This document shows positions 45,324-54,789 of a stretch of DNA of 64,000 nucleotides, piece after piece (the first letter of the stretch is position 1; each line of letters opens with the position of its first letter). Position numbers and translations under genes: made by a program. A model generated the notes under the pieces. The model had not been told where the DNA came from and did no database searches. It saw only the letters and a list, made by a program, of their open reading frames with translations. Location of the stretch: NCBI GenBank assembly GCA_034666985.1, contig JAXDKS010000063.1, forward strand, positions 105,226-169,225, read 5' to 3'. Source of the DNA: Acidobacteriota bacterium (lineage in GTDB: Bacteria > Acidobacteriota > Thermoanaerobaculia > Multivoradales > UBA5704).

Positions 45324-46064
45324 TTACTGGTTGCCGCCGGCCGGGATCGCGTCTCCGGCGGAGGTGGCCACGACTTCCTCGACCTTCTCGTCCTTGCAGC
45401 CGTAGACCCAGACGGGCGTGCCCTTGGGCACCATGTAGGGCAGGCGGGCGGAGGCGAACATGGGGATGCGGATGCAGCCGTGGCTGGCGGGGTAGGCCGG
45501 CACGTCCTGGCTGCCGTGGATGGCGATGCCGCCCACGATGTAGAGGGGGTTGTGCATCTGCCCCAGGGGGCTCGTCTTCCAGCCGGAGCCTTTGGAGAAG
45601 ACCTCCAGGTGGCCGCAGGGGGTGACGGCGTGGGTCTCGGGATAGCCATTCTCGTGGAAGCGCTTGCCGCTGCCGGAGGAGATGGGGAGGATGTTGCCCA
45701 CCTTGCCGTCCGCGTCGACGAGGAAGAGCACCTGGCGGGCGATGTCCACCTCGATATGGGCGCCGGTCGCCTGGCGCGGACGCGGCGGCGCGGCCATCGA
45801 CAGGGCGTTGTACTCCGCCCGCGTGAGCTGGCCCGTGGCCTTGGCGCGCTGGACCTTCTGGAAGGCGATCAGGGCGTGGCGGCTCGCGCCGTCCCAGACG
45901 CCGTCGATCGGGCCGGTCCAGTAACCGAGATCGGCGAGGCGCTGCTCGGCCTGGCGGATCTCGGTCTTGGAGAGCGCAACGGTCTTCGCGGCAGTGGCTT
46001 GGAGAGGAAGCGCGGCGAGGACGAACAGCGAGACGAGGACGCAAACACGGCGATACGGCGACAT
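45324..46064 (-). CDS. L,D-transpeptidase (YkuD fold) with N-terminal peptidoglycan-binding domain, secreted
   Basis: Signal peptide. PG_binding_1-like LADLGYWTGPIDGVWDGASRHALIAFQ. Catalytic HGCIRI motif (SHGCIRIP). Confidence 0.85.
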   Translation of the reverse strand: MSPYRRVCVLVSLFVLAALPLQATAAKTVALSKTEIRQAEQRLADLGYWTGPIDGVWDGASRHALIAFQKVQRAKATGQLTRAEYNALSMAAPPRPRQATGAHIEVDIARQVLFLVDADGKVGNILPISSGSGKRFHENGYPETHAVTPCGHLEVFSKGSGWKTSPLGQMHNPLYIVGGIAIHGSQDVPAYPASHGCIRIPMFASARLPYMVPKGTPVWVYGCKDEKVEEVVATSAGDAIPAGGNQ

Positions 46065-46135
46065 CGGAACCCCCTTCCACCCTGGACGACATCCCTATAT
46101 ACGGACTGCGACGGGTGGCGGTCTACTCCAGACCC

Positions 46136-47287
46136 TTACGAAGGCTCTAGCAAAAGCAGCGCCAACAAGGCCGCCCTTTCGGGCATGCGGTCCACGAGCA
46201 CGTGCTCGTGGAGGGCGTGGGCGCCGTCGCCCACGGCTCCGAGGCCGTCGAGGGTGGGGACGAAGCGGCTGGTGAGGCTGCCGTCGGAGGCGCCCCCGGC
46301 GGTGCCTTCCGCGAGGGGGATGCCCAATTCCGCCGCCCGCCGTTGGGCCGCCTCCCAGAGGACGCGGTTGCCGGGCGTGGCTTCGAGGGGGGGGCGGTCA
46401 ATCCCCCCCTGGACTTCGAGGGTGGTGCCCGGCGTGAGGGCCACGAGGTCTCGGATGGTCTTCTCCAGGCGCAAGGCGTCTTCCCAGGCGAGGACGCGCA
46501 CGTCCAGCTCGGCCCGGGCCTCGGGGGCGATGACGTTGGCCCGCAGGCCGCCGGCGACCACGCCGACGTTGACGGTGATCCCCCGCTCGGGGTCCGCCAG
46601 CTCGTAGAGCCGCTGGATCACGCGCGCCAGCTCCAGGATGGCGCTCGCCCCCTTCTCCGGGTCGAGCCCGGAGTGGGCGGCGCGGCCCCGGATCCGGAGG
46701 GTGAAGCGCAGCGATCCCTTGCGCCGGGTCTTGAGCTTCCCCTCCGGCCCCAGCGAGGGCTCCAGCACGAAGACCCGCCGCATCCGCCGCGCCGCCCTCT
46801 CGAGGCGGGGGATGGCTTCGAGGCTGCCGATCTCCTCGTCGGAGTCGATGAAGAAGGCGGGCGTGACCTCGGGGACGAGCCCCAGGTCGCGCAGGGCCCG
46901 CAGGGCGAAGATCCCCTGCACCAGCCCGGCCTTCATGTCGTAGACGCCGGGGCCGGTGAGGCGGCCGTCCTGAATCCCGACCGGCATGGTCTCGACGGTG
47001 CCCCGCGCCCACACGGTGTCGCAGTGGCCGAGGAGGAGCTGGGCCGGAGCGCCTCGCCTGCGTTCGCGGGGCACGGCCCAGAGCTGGCCGCCGGTGCGTT
47101 GCCCCGGCAGACGGCGAACGCGCAGGCCCGCCGCTTCCAACTCGGCGGCGAGGAGGGCGAAGACGGGCTCCTGCGATGCCGCGTCGAGCGACGGGGATTC
47201 GAGGCGGGCGAGGTCCAGGAGGAGGGCGGCCATCTCCTCCGTCCGCCCTCGGAGGTGGGCGAGGATCTGCTGGGCTCTGTTGGACAT
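46136..47287 (-). CDS. M20-family metallopeptidase (carboxypeptidase G2 / glutamate carboxypeptidase-like)
   Basis: LLLGHCDTVW, DMKAGL and GRAAHSG blocks typical of the M20 family. ATG at 47287..47285 (MSNRAQQ...). Confidence 0.85.
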   Translation of the reverse strand: MSNRAQQILAHLRGRTEEMAALLLDLARLESPSLDAASQEPVFALLAAELEAAGLRVRRLPGQRTGGQLWAVPRERRRGAPAQLLLGHCDTVWARGTVETMPVGIQDGRLTGPGVYDMKAGLVQGIFALRALRDLGLVPEVTPAFFIDSDEEIGSLEAIPRLERAARRMRRVFVLEPSLGPEGKLKTRRKGSLRFTLRIRGRAAHSGLDPEKGASAILELARVIQRLYELADPERGITVNVGVVAGGLRANVIAPEARAELDVRVLAWEDALRLEKTIRDLVALTPGTTLEVQGGIDRPPLEATPGNRVLWEAAQRRAAELGIPLAEGTAGGASDGSLTSRFVPTLDGLGAVGDGAHALHEHVLVDRMPERAALLALLLLEPS

Positions 47288-47292
47288 GCGGG

Positions 47293-49728
47293 CTAATCGT
47301 AGCGGATCGCGATCAGGGGATCGGTCTTCGTGGCCCGCCTCGCGGGGATCCAGCAGGCCACGAAGGCGACGGCGGCCAGCACCAGGGGGACGAGGACGAA
47401 GGTCAGGGGATCGCGCGGCTGGATCCCCGACAGGAAGTCCACTAGGAGCCGCGACACGAAGAAGGCGCCCAAGAGGCCTGCCGCGAGCCCGAGGAGGAGC
47501 TGCCCCATGCCGCGGCCCAGGATCAGGCGCAGCACGCTCCCCCGCTGGGCACCGAGGGCCATGCGGATGCCGATCTCCTGGGTCCGCTGCTGCACCGAGG
47601 CGGCGAGGACGCCGTAGAGCCCCAAGGCGGCGAGCACCAGGGCGGCGACGCCGAAGACGGCGAAGAGCGAGGCGAAGAGGTCGGGGAAGAACCGGTTGTG
47701 CTCGAGCTCCTCGTCCAGCGAGCGGATACGGTAGACGGGGAGGTCGGGGTCGAGGGCCGCGACCTGCCGGCGCACGGCGGCGGTGAGGGTCAGCGGGTCG
47801 GCCGTGCGGGTCCGCGCCAGCAGCGTGACGGTGTCGGGGCAGCGCTGGGCCATGGGGAGGTAGACGCCCTCCCGCCAGCCTTGGACGTCGTCCAGGCCGC
47901 CCATGTGCAGATCGGGCACGACGCCGACGACGGTGCGCCACGGCATCGAATGCTCGCCGGCTTCGTCGTCGAAGCGGACGCGCTGGCCCAGCGGGTCCTT
48001 CCCCGGCCAGGCCTCGGCGGCGAAGGCGCGATTGACGATCACCACCGGCAGCGACGACGCCGTGTCCAGGCTGCCGAAGGTCCGGCCCGCGAGGGGGCGC
48101 ACCCCGAGGACCTCGAAGTAGGAAGGGGAGACCATGGCCACGTGGGCCGCGGGCAGGTCCCGCTCGGAGGGGTAGGTGCGGCCTTCGGGATGGTAATTGG
48201 AGATGGCGGAGAAGCTGCCCGGCAGGTGGGTGGTCGCCGCCACCCCGGAGACGTCCGGCTGCGATTCCAGCCGGCGCAGGACGTCTTCGAAGAAGTGCAG
48301 GCGGTCCGCCTCCTCGGGATGGGCGGCCGGCGAGAGGGAGACGCGGCCGGTGAACAGCCGGGCGGTCTCGAAGCCGAGGTCCAGGGTCTTCAGGCGCACG
48401 ACGCTCCTCACCATGAGGCCGGTGCCCACCAGCAGCAGGCAGGCGACGGCGACCTCGACCACCACGATCCAGCGGCTGAACCGCCCCAGCCGCAGGCTGG
48501 AGGAGCCCCGCCCCTCGTCCTTGAGCACCTCGCCCAGGTCCGCCCGCGACGCCTGGACCGCGGGCGTGAGGCCGGAGAGCAGGCCCGCCGTCACGGTGGC
48601 GCAGAGGGTGAACAGCAGGGCCGCGGGATCGACGGCGATCTTCATCCAGAACGGCGGGTTGCTGCCGGCGATGGCGAGGTTGAACAGCTTGACCCCGAGG
48701 GCTGCGAGGAGCACGCCGAGCACGGCGCCGAGAGCCGCGAGGAGCAGGCTCTCGAGGAGGACGTGCCCCACCAGCCGCCGGCGGCCAGCCCCGAGCGCGG
48801 CGCGGATGGCGATCTCCCGCGTGCGCTTCGCGGCCCGGGCCAGGGTGAGGCTGGCGACGTTGGCGCAGGCGATGAGCAGGACGAAGACGCAGGCCCCCAG
48901 CATCACCCACAGGAGTTGGGCGATCGCGGGGCTCAGGGCAGCCTCCAGCCAGGGCCGGACGAGGGCGGTCCGCCCCTTGTTCGTCTGCGGATGCTCGGCG
49001 GCGAGCGCTTGGGCGATTCCCTCGATCTCGGCCCGCGCCGACTCCAGGGTGACGCCATCCCGCAGCCGTCCCAGGACCTGCAGACCCTGCCCGTCGCCGC
49101 GCGCGGTGCGCAGGGGATCGAGCCGCATCGGCACCCAGACCTCGGAGCTCAAGGGAAAGCCGAAGCCGGGGGGCAGGACGCCGACGATCGTCCCGGCCTC
49201 GCCGTTGATCCGCACCGGCTTGCCCACCACGCCGGGGTCGGCGTGGTAGCGGCGCCGCCAGACGCCGTCGGAGAGGAGGAGGACCGGCGGCGCGCCGGGG
49301 GCATCCTCCCCTTGAGCGAAGGCGCGCCCGAGGGCGGGGCGGACGCGCAGCACGCTGAACAGGTCGGCGGTCGAGAAGAGGCCGTCGAAGCGCTCGGGCG
49401 CGGCGCCGTCGCCACTTAAATTGACGGTGCCGTCGTAGTAGGCGGCGAGGCCCTGGAATGACCGCGACCGCTGGCGCTCGCGGAAGTCGTGGAAGTCGTG
49501 GAGGAAGACCTCGAGGACCGGCTCGTCGCGGCCGGGGTTGGCGCTCGCGACATGGAGCAGGCGGTCCGGCCCGGGCACGGGCAGGCCGCGCAGCAGGGCG
49601 CCGTAGACGATGCTGAACATGGCCGTCGCGAGGCCGATGCCGACGCCGAGCGCCAGCACCGCCGTCGCCGTGTGGCCGGGATTGCGGAACAGTTGCCGGA
49701 GGCTGAAGCGAAGGTCCTGGGGCGTCAC
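47293..49728 (-). CDS. ADOP-type duplicated permease (MacB-like, two FtsX domains with a periplasmic domain), orphan ABC permease
   Basis: The N-terminus TPQDLRFSLRQLFRNPGHTATAVLALGVGIGLATAMFSIVYGALLRGLPVPGPDRLL matches the conserved ADOP start. FtsX-like 4-TM blocks occur twice. The GTG start at 49728 is preceded by GGGGGAG. No ATPase gene is adjacent. Confidence 0.85.
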   Translation of the reverse strand: MTPQDLRFSLRQLFRNPGHTATAVLALGVGIGLATAMFSIVYGALLRGLPVPGPDRLLHVASANPGRDEPVLEVFLHDFHDFRERQRSRSFQGLAAYYDGTVNLSGDGAAPERFDGLFSTADLFSVLRVRPALGRAFAQGEDAPGAPPVLLLSDGVWRRRYHADPGVVGKPVRINGEAGTIVGVLPPGFGFPLSSEVWVPMRLDPLRTARGDGQGLQVLGRLRDGVTLESARAEIEGIAQALAAEHPQTNKGRTALVRPWLEAALSPAIAQLLWVMLGACVFVLLIACANVASLTLARAAKRTREIAIRAALGAGRRRLVGHVLLESLLLAALGAVLGVLLAALGVKLFNLAIAGSNPPFWMKIAVDPAALLFTLCATVTAGLLSGLTPAVQASRADLGEVLKDEGRGSSSLRLGRFSRWIVVVEVAVACLLLVGTGLMVRSVVRLKTLDLGFETARLFTGRVSLSPAAHPEEADRLHFFEDVLRRLESQPDVSGVAATTHLPGSFSAISNYHPEGRTYPSERDLPAAHVAMVSPSYFEVLGVRPLAGRTFGSLDTASSLPVVIVNRAFAAEAWPGKDPLGQRVRFDDEAGEHSMPWRTVVGVVPDLHMGGLDDVQGWREGVYLPMAQRCPDTVTLLARTRTADPLTLTAAVRRQVAALDPDLPVYRIRSLDEELEHNRFFPDLFASLFAVFGVAALVLAALGLYGVLAASVQQRTQEIGIRMALGAQRGSVLRLILGRGMGQLLLGLAAGLLGAFFVSRLLVDFLSGIQPRDPLTFVLVPLVLAAVAFVACWIPARRATKTDPLIAIRYD

Positions 49729-49736
49729 CGTCCCGG

Positions 49737-50621
49737 CTACTCCCCCGACGCCGCCTGCCGGCCGGCGTCCTCGTCGTCGAGCCCGCGCCAGGTCTCCTCG
49801 TTGTCGTCGAAGATGGGCAGCGACGGCATGCGGCCGCGGGCGGCGTTGACGTGCCAGCCCCAGAGCAGGGCCCACTTGAGGTAGGTGCCGTAGGACTGGA
49901 GCAGGCAGAAGACCAGGCCGTGCATGCCGTCGAGGATGCCGAGCTGGAAGACGTAGGTGCGGAAGAAGCGCCAGATGGAGCGGCCGAAGACCTGCAGGAA
50001 TCCGGACTTCCTGCGCTCCTTCCATTTCTGCGCCGCACCCCAGAAGCTGTACTTCTCGATCCGCCGGATGTACTCGTCCAGCGTGTCCGCCATGTAGTGC
50101 TCCATGAAATTGTGCAGCACCGGCGCGGGCCCGCGGGTGGCCATGTCGGCGTGCACCCGGCGGTTGGGGTAGCGGGCCGAGCCGTTCTTCACCAGCCGCA
50201 CCACACGGTCGTGCTGCCAGCCGGAGAAGCGGATCACCCGGTCGAGGAAGTAGACCCGCCGCTTGATGGTGTAGGCCTCCTGCTCGGGCCCCGCGGCCAG
50301 CAGCTCCTCGATCTCCCGCTGCAGCGCGGGGGTGCAGCGCTCGTCGGCGTCGAAGATGAGGATCCAGTCGTTGGTCACCTGGTCCATGGCCCAGTTCTTC
50401 TGCGAGGCGGAGCCGAAGTAGGTGCGCTGGAAGAAGCGCACCTTGTCGTAGCCGCGGCAGATCTCGGCCGTGCGGTCGGTCGAGAAGGAGTCGACGACCA
50501 GGATCTCGTCGCACCACAGCAGCGACTCGATGCAGGCGGCGATGTTCACCTCCTCGTTGAAGGTGGTGACGATCGCCGAAACGGCGGGGCGGGGAGAGCG
50601 GGTCGTGGCGCGCGCGGACAT
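49737..50621 (-). CDS. Family-2 glycosyltransferase (LPS-core-type, WaaE/KdtX-like)
   Basis: SAIVTTFNEE...CIESLLWCDEILVVDSFSTDRTAEIC...FDADER GT2 motifs. ATG at 50621..50619. Confidence 0.8.
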   Translation of the reverse strand: MSARATTRSPRPAVSAIVTTFNEEVNIAACIESLLWCDEILVVDSFSTDRTAEICRGYDKVRFFQRTYFGSASQKNWAMDQVTNDWILIFDADERCTPALQREIEELLAAGPEQEAYTIKRRVYFLDRVIRFSGWQHDRVVRLVKNGSARYPNRRVHADMATRGPAPVLHNFMEHYMADTLDEYIRRIEKYSFWGAAQKWKERRKSGFLQVFGRSIWRFFRTYVFQLGILDGMHGLVFCLLQSYGTYLKWALLWGWHVNAARGRMPSLPIFDDNEETWRGLDDEDAGRQAASGE

Positions 50622-50764
50622 GCAGGGATCTCCTCGGAATCCTTCCTCAGAACGGCGATCAAGATTATCAGAACCCTCCCACCCAAGGCCCTCATCACCC
50701 CGGCCCTCTTCTCCCGTCCCTCCCAACCCCCCTCACCGGGAGAAGAAGGAGAAAGGCAAGATCC

Positions 50765-50822
50765 CCGTAGGGTGCGCTGTGCGCACCATGATCGGTGATG
50801 GTGCGCCGAGCGCACCCTACGG
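50765..50822. promoter_or_regulatory. 58-bp nested perfect palindrome (outer 13-bp arms CCGTAGGGTGCGC/GCGCACCCTACGG; inner 9-bp arms GCGCACCAT/ATGGTGCGC; 8-nt centre) in a divergent intergenic region
   Basis: Read directly from the sequence. Lies between the GT2/ADOP minus-strand unit (start 50621) and the C25-like gene (start 50962). Operator-like or structured RNA, function unknown. Confidence 0.55.
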
Positions 50823-50961
50823 CAAGACTGTCCGCAGGCATTCCCCTCTCCCGGGGTGAGGGTCTTGGGTGGGGGCGCTCTTCGGAGGGCCAGTCTGCTA
50901 TGATTCCTTCTTACCATGTCCAGATCAGCTCCCGGAGGGAAGGGGGGCAGGGGGTCCGGTG

Positions 50962-53900
50962 ATGAAGGCTCGTGGCAGCGATTCGGCCCGCTATTCCCGC
51001 CTTGGGATTGCATTCTCTTTCACCCTCCTCTGCCTTTTGCCGGCGCTACCGGCGCGGGCGGTCGTCACCGGTCAGTGCGTCCAGGCGCGGGGAGGCAACA
51101 GTTGCACCGCCAACGACGTGACCTTCGTGCTGGTCGGCCTGGGAGGACAGACGGACGGTTGCGTCGGTCCGACGGACACCGTGACGCTCAATCTCGGCGC
51201 CAAGGTCTCCAACACGACCGCTCAGACGCGCTACGACATCGGGATGTACATCTACGATTTCCTCGGCACCGAGCCGGCCGGCAACCCTGCCGCCAGCGCG
51301 GGATATGCCTACAACGGCTCGGACTGCGCGCGCGAAACCTTGAAGCCCGTCGGCACCTTTTCGCCAGCGGAGACCTGCACCACGAGCCCCGCCCTCGACC
51401 TGGTCACCGGCAACGGCCCGTTCCTGAACGCGGACGACAACGCCGACCGGTGCGGCGACTTGAACAAGAGCACGACCTGTGGCGACTCGTTCATGGTCTT
51501 CCCGGAGCCGATCACGGTGAAGTGCAGCGACGGCCTGGGGGGGGCGGCAGCCGACGGTTTCGTCGACATCCCCACCTGCGCCACCTGGGGCAACTCCGCA
51601 GACGAGGTCCCTGGGGGCAAGGCCAACTGCGGGGCCACGAACGCGACGCATCCGGAGACCGACGTCCTGCCGGGCACTGGCTCGAAATGCAACTGCGCCA
51701 ACGTCAACTCGAACATCCCGCGGCCCAGCCTGTCGCTGTCGTGCAGTTGCTCGCCCACCGTGGTACGCACGGGCGCGACGAACGGCGCCTCGACCGCCTG
51801 CACGGTGACGTTCACCAATAACGTCACCTGTGTTCCTGACGGCACCACGGCCGAGCGCTTCCGCTGCGGCGCGGCGAGCTTCATGCAATTCGATACGGTG
51901 GCCGGCACGCCGAACGGCTCCTTCATCTTCGGCCAGACGCAGGGCAACGCGCCCACGGAGACGACGGGCGGCAGCGTGGACATTTCGACCGCGGGGACCG
52001 TCCGCTGGACGCCGCGCGACACGGTGGCGACCGGCGGCGGCACGACGCTGGGGGTCATCGGCCACAACGAGACCGGCACGCTCTCCTTCCAGTATTTCGT
52101 CAACCCTGCGGTGCCCAACAACACCACGATCAACTTCGTGACCACGGCCTACTGGTCGAACGTGTCCAGCTTCAGCCCGCGGGTCAGCCAGTCGGCGCTG
52201 ACCACGACGTGCAGCATCCGGACGGACGTCAACGCCACCTGGGCCGCGGTGACGAACGTCCGGGCGCGCGAGGAGCAGGGGCGCGTCGTCCTGCTCTGGG
52301 ACACCGCCGCCGAGATCGGCACGGCGGCGTTCGAGCTGGAGCGGCAGGACCCGGCGACCGGCAGATTCGTGCGCGTGACGGACCGCCCGCTGCCGGCGGT
52401 GGCGCAGCTCCCCGGCGGCCACTACCGTTTCGTGGATCCCACGGCGCAGCGGGGGCCGCGCGGCCAGGCGCTGGCCTATCGCATCACCGAGGTCAATCAG
52501 GAGGGGAAGCGGGAGACGTTCGGTCCCTTCCGGGTCCAGGTGGCGGCCGCGGGCAGCCGCGGCGGCGAGGATCAGGGCGGCGGCGTGCGGGCTGGCGATG
52601 TCCGGGGCGGCGACTTCCAGGCCGCGGGCAAGCCGGTCTCGGCGCGGCTCGTGCGGGCTGCGTCCGAGCGGCCGAAGGTGTCCTCAGCCTCAGCCTCCTC
52701 CGCGGCCCCGGCTATGGCACGGCGGGCGAAGGTGTCGGTGGCGAGCGGCGGTCTCCAGCGGGTGCGGCTGGCGGACCTCGCCGGCGCCCTCGGGCTCGGC
52801 ACCAACGAGGCCGCCGGCCAGCTCGGCGCCGGGCGCTTCCGGTTGAGCCACGGCGGGCAGGAGGTGGCCTGGCAGGCGGCGGGCAACGGCGACGGCCTCG
52901 TCTTCTATGGCGAGGCGGTCCACAATGCCTTTACGGATGTGAGCACCTATTGGCTGGAGCCCGGCAGGGGACAGCTCGTGGCCACGGCCACCGGCCCGCC
53001 GGTAGGGAGCCCCGCCGCGGGCTCGTTCACCGACACGCTCCACCTCGAGACCGACGCCATCCCTGCGGTGGCGGCGCCGGTGCCGGTGGACGACTTCTGG
53101 ATCTGGAAGGGCTTCTTCCCCGGCTTCCCCGGCTTCGATCGCGCGACGTTCCCCGTCGCCGTGCCCGCTCCGGCGGGCGGCGGGGGGACTCTCGCGGTCC
53201 ACCTGTACGGCTTCGCCGCCACCCAGCGCGCCGAGCTGCGGCTGAACGGCCGCAATCTGGGCGAGCTCGCCTGGGGAGGAACCGGCCCCGCCACGGTCAC
53301 GGCGGCGGTGCCGGCGGGCGCCCTCGTGGACGGTGGCAACCAGATCGAGATCGTCGCGCTGGAGGGGGAGCTCGGCTTCTGGCTCGACTCCTTCGACCTC
53401 ACCTATCCGCGCACGTACCGGGCGCAGGACGACCGCCTCGCCTTCCGTGCCGCGGCCGGCGCCACGGTGGCGTTGACCGGCTTCCACTCCAGCGACGTGA
53501 CGGTCTACGACGTGGCCGTGCCGCTCGCTCCGCGCCGGCTCGGCGGGCTCAGCGTCCAGCCGCAGGGGGCGGGCTCCTGGGGCGCCGCGTTCGTGGCGCC
53601 GGACGCCGGACCCTTCGTCGCCGCCACCGGGGCGGCGCTCTACCCGGCGGGGGTGCGCGCCAGCGCTCCAGCCGATCTGAGGAATCCGAGCCGCGCCGCC
53701 ACCTATCTGGTGATCAGCCCGCCCGAGCTGCGCGCCGAAGCGCAGCGCTTGGCCGACCTGCGCTCCGCCCAGGGGCTCACCGCCCTGGTGGTGGACGTCG
53801 GCGACGTCATGGACGTCTTCGGCGACGGCCGCTACGATCCGGCGGCGATCCAGAGCTTCCTGGCCTATGCCGCGAAGTCGTGGTCGACGCCGCCGCGCTA

Positions 53901-54738
53901 CGTCGTGCTCGCCGGCAAGGGCACCTACGACTATCGGAACCTCCTGGGGCTCTCCTCGAACCTGGTGCCGCCGCTCCTGGTGGCGACGGACACCGGGCTG
54001 GTGCCGGCCGACTCTCTGTTCACCGACTTCGACGGCGGCGGGGTGCCGGCGGTGGCCATCGGCCGCATCCCCGCGCTCACCGCGGCGGAGATGCGGGCCT
54101 TCGTGGACAAGCTCGCGGCCTACGAGAGCGATGCGGGAGGCGCCTGGACGGGCCAGGTCCTGCTCGCGGCGGACGACGCCGACGGGGGTGGCGACTTCCC
54201 GGCGGCGAGCCAGTCCCTGGCCGGGACGCTCCCCGCGGGGCTCGCCCTCTCTCGCGTCACCGCCGATCCGGCGCAGATCCAGGCCAGCCGGTCGCAGCTC
54301 CAGGCGGCTCTGCGCCAGGGACAGGTGCTGATGAATTACGTCGGCCATGGCGGGCTCGACCGCCTGGGCTCCGAAGGCCTGCTGCTGACGACCGACGTGG
54401 CACAGCTCGGCAACGCGCCCCGCCTGCCCGTGCTGACCGCCCTCACCTGCCTCATCTCGCAGTTCGCCTATCCCACGGTGACCTCGCTGGGTGAGGAGCT
54501 GGTGTTGAGGTCCGACGGCGGGGCCATCGCGGTCTTCGGGCCGACGTGGCTCTCGTACAACACGCCGGCGACCGCCCTCGGCGGGTACCTGCTGCCGCAG
54601 CTCGCGGCGCCCGGCGGCGGCCGGCTCGGCGACCGGCTGCTGAGGGGCCTGAACGCCTACGCCGCCGCAGGCGGCGATCGCAAGATGCTCCGGCTCTATA
54701 CCCTGCTGGGAGATCCGGCGCAGGTGCTCAAGCGCTAG
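50962..54738 (+). CDS. Large secreted protein with Cys-rich N-terminal region and C-terminal peptidase C25 (gingipain-like) domain
   Basis: Signal peptide (LGIAFSFTLLCLLPALPARA). The C-terminal block YLVISPPELRAEAQRLADLR...YVVLAGKGTYDYRN...MNYVGHGG...LTALTCLISQFAY fits the C25 catalytic His/Cys arrangement. Confidence 0.7.
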   Translation: MKARGSDSARYSRLGIAFSFTLLCLLPALPARAVVTGQCVQARGGNSCTANDVTFVLVGLGGQTDGCVGPTDTVTLNLGAKVSNTTAQTRYDIGMYIYDFLGTEPAGNPAASAGYAYNGSDCARETLKPVGTFSPAETCTTSPALDLVTGNGPFLNADDNADRCGDLNKSTTCGDSFMVFPEPITVKCSDGLGGAAADGFVDIPTCATWGNSADEVPGGKANCGATNATHPETDVLPGTGSKCNCANVNSNIPRPSLSLSCSCSPTVVRTGATNGASTACTVTFTNNVTCVPDGTTAERFRCGAASFMQFDTVAGTPNGSFIFGQTQGNAPTETTGGSVDISTAGTVRWTPRDTVATGGGTTLGVIGHNETGTLSFQYFVNPAVPNNTTINFVTTAYWSNVSSFSPRVSQSALTTTCSIRTDVNATWAAVTNVRAREEQGRVVLLWDTAAEIGTAAFELERQDPATGRFVRVTDRPLPAVAQLPGGHYRFVDPTAQRGPRGQALAYRITEVNQEGKRETFGPFRVQVAAAGSRGGEDQGGGVRAGDVRGGDFQAAGKPVSARLVRAASERPKVSSASASSAAPAMARRAKVSVASGGLQRVRLADLAGALGLGTNEAAGQLGAGRFRLSHGGQEVAWQAAGNGDGLVFYGEAVHNAFTDVSTYWLEPGRGQLVATATGPPVGSPAAGSFTDTLHLETDAIPAVAAPVPVDDFWIWKGFFPGFPGFDRATFPVAVPAPAGGGGTLAVHLYGFAATQRAELRLNGRNLGELAWGGTGPATVTAAVPAGALVDGGNQIEIVALEGELGFWLDSFDLTYPRTYRAQDDRLAFRAAAGATVALTGFHSSDVTVYDVAVPLAPRRLGGLSVQPQGAGSWGAAFVAPDAGPFVAATGAALYPAGVRASAPADLRNPSRAATYLVISPPELRAEAQRLADLRSAQGLTALVVDVGDVMDVFGDGRYDPAAIQSFLAYAAKSWSTPPRYVVLAGKGTYDYRNLLGLSSNLVPPLLVATDTGLVPADSLFTDFDGGGVPAVAIGRIPALTAAEMRAFVDKLAAYESDAGGAWTGQVLLAADDADGGGDFPAASQSLAGTLPAGLALSRVTADPAQIQASRSQLQAALRQGQVLMNYVGHGGLDRLGSEGLLLTTDVAQLGNAPRLPVLTALTCLISQFAYPTVTSLGEELVLRSDGGAIAVFGPTWLSYNTPATALGGYLLPQLAAPGGGRLGDRLLRGLNAYAAAGGDRKMLRLYTLLGDPAQVLKR

Positions 54739-54789
54739 CGTGGGTGAGGGGAGGGCCGGGGTGGTGAGGGCCTGCTAGAATCCCTCACC

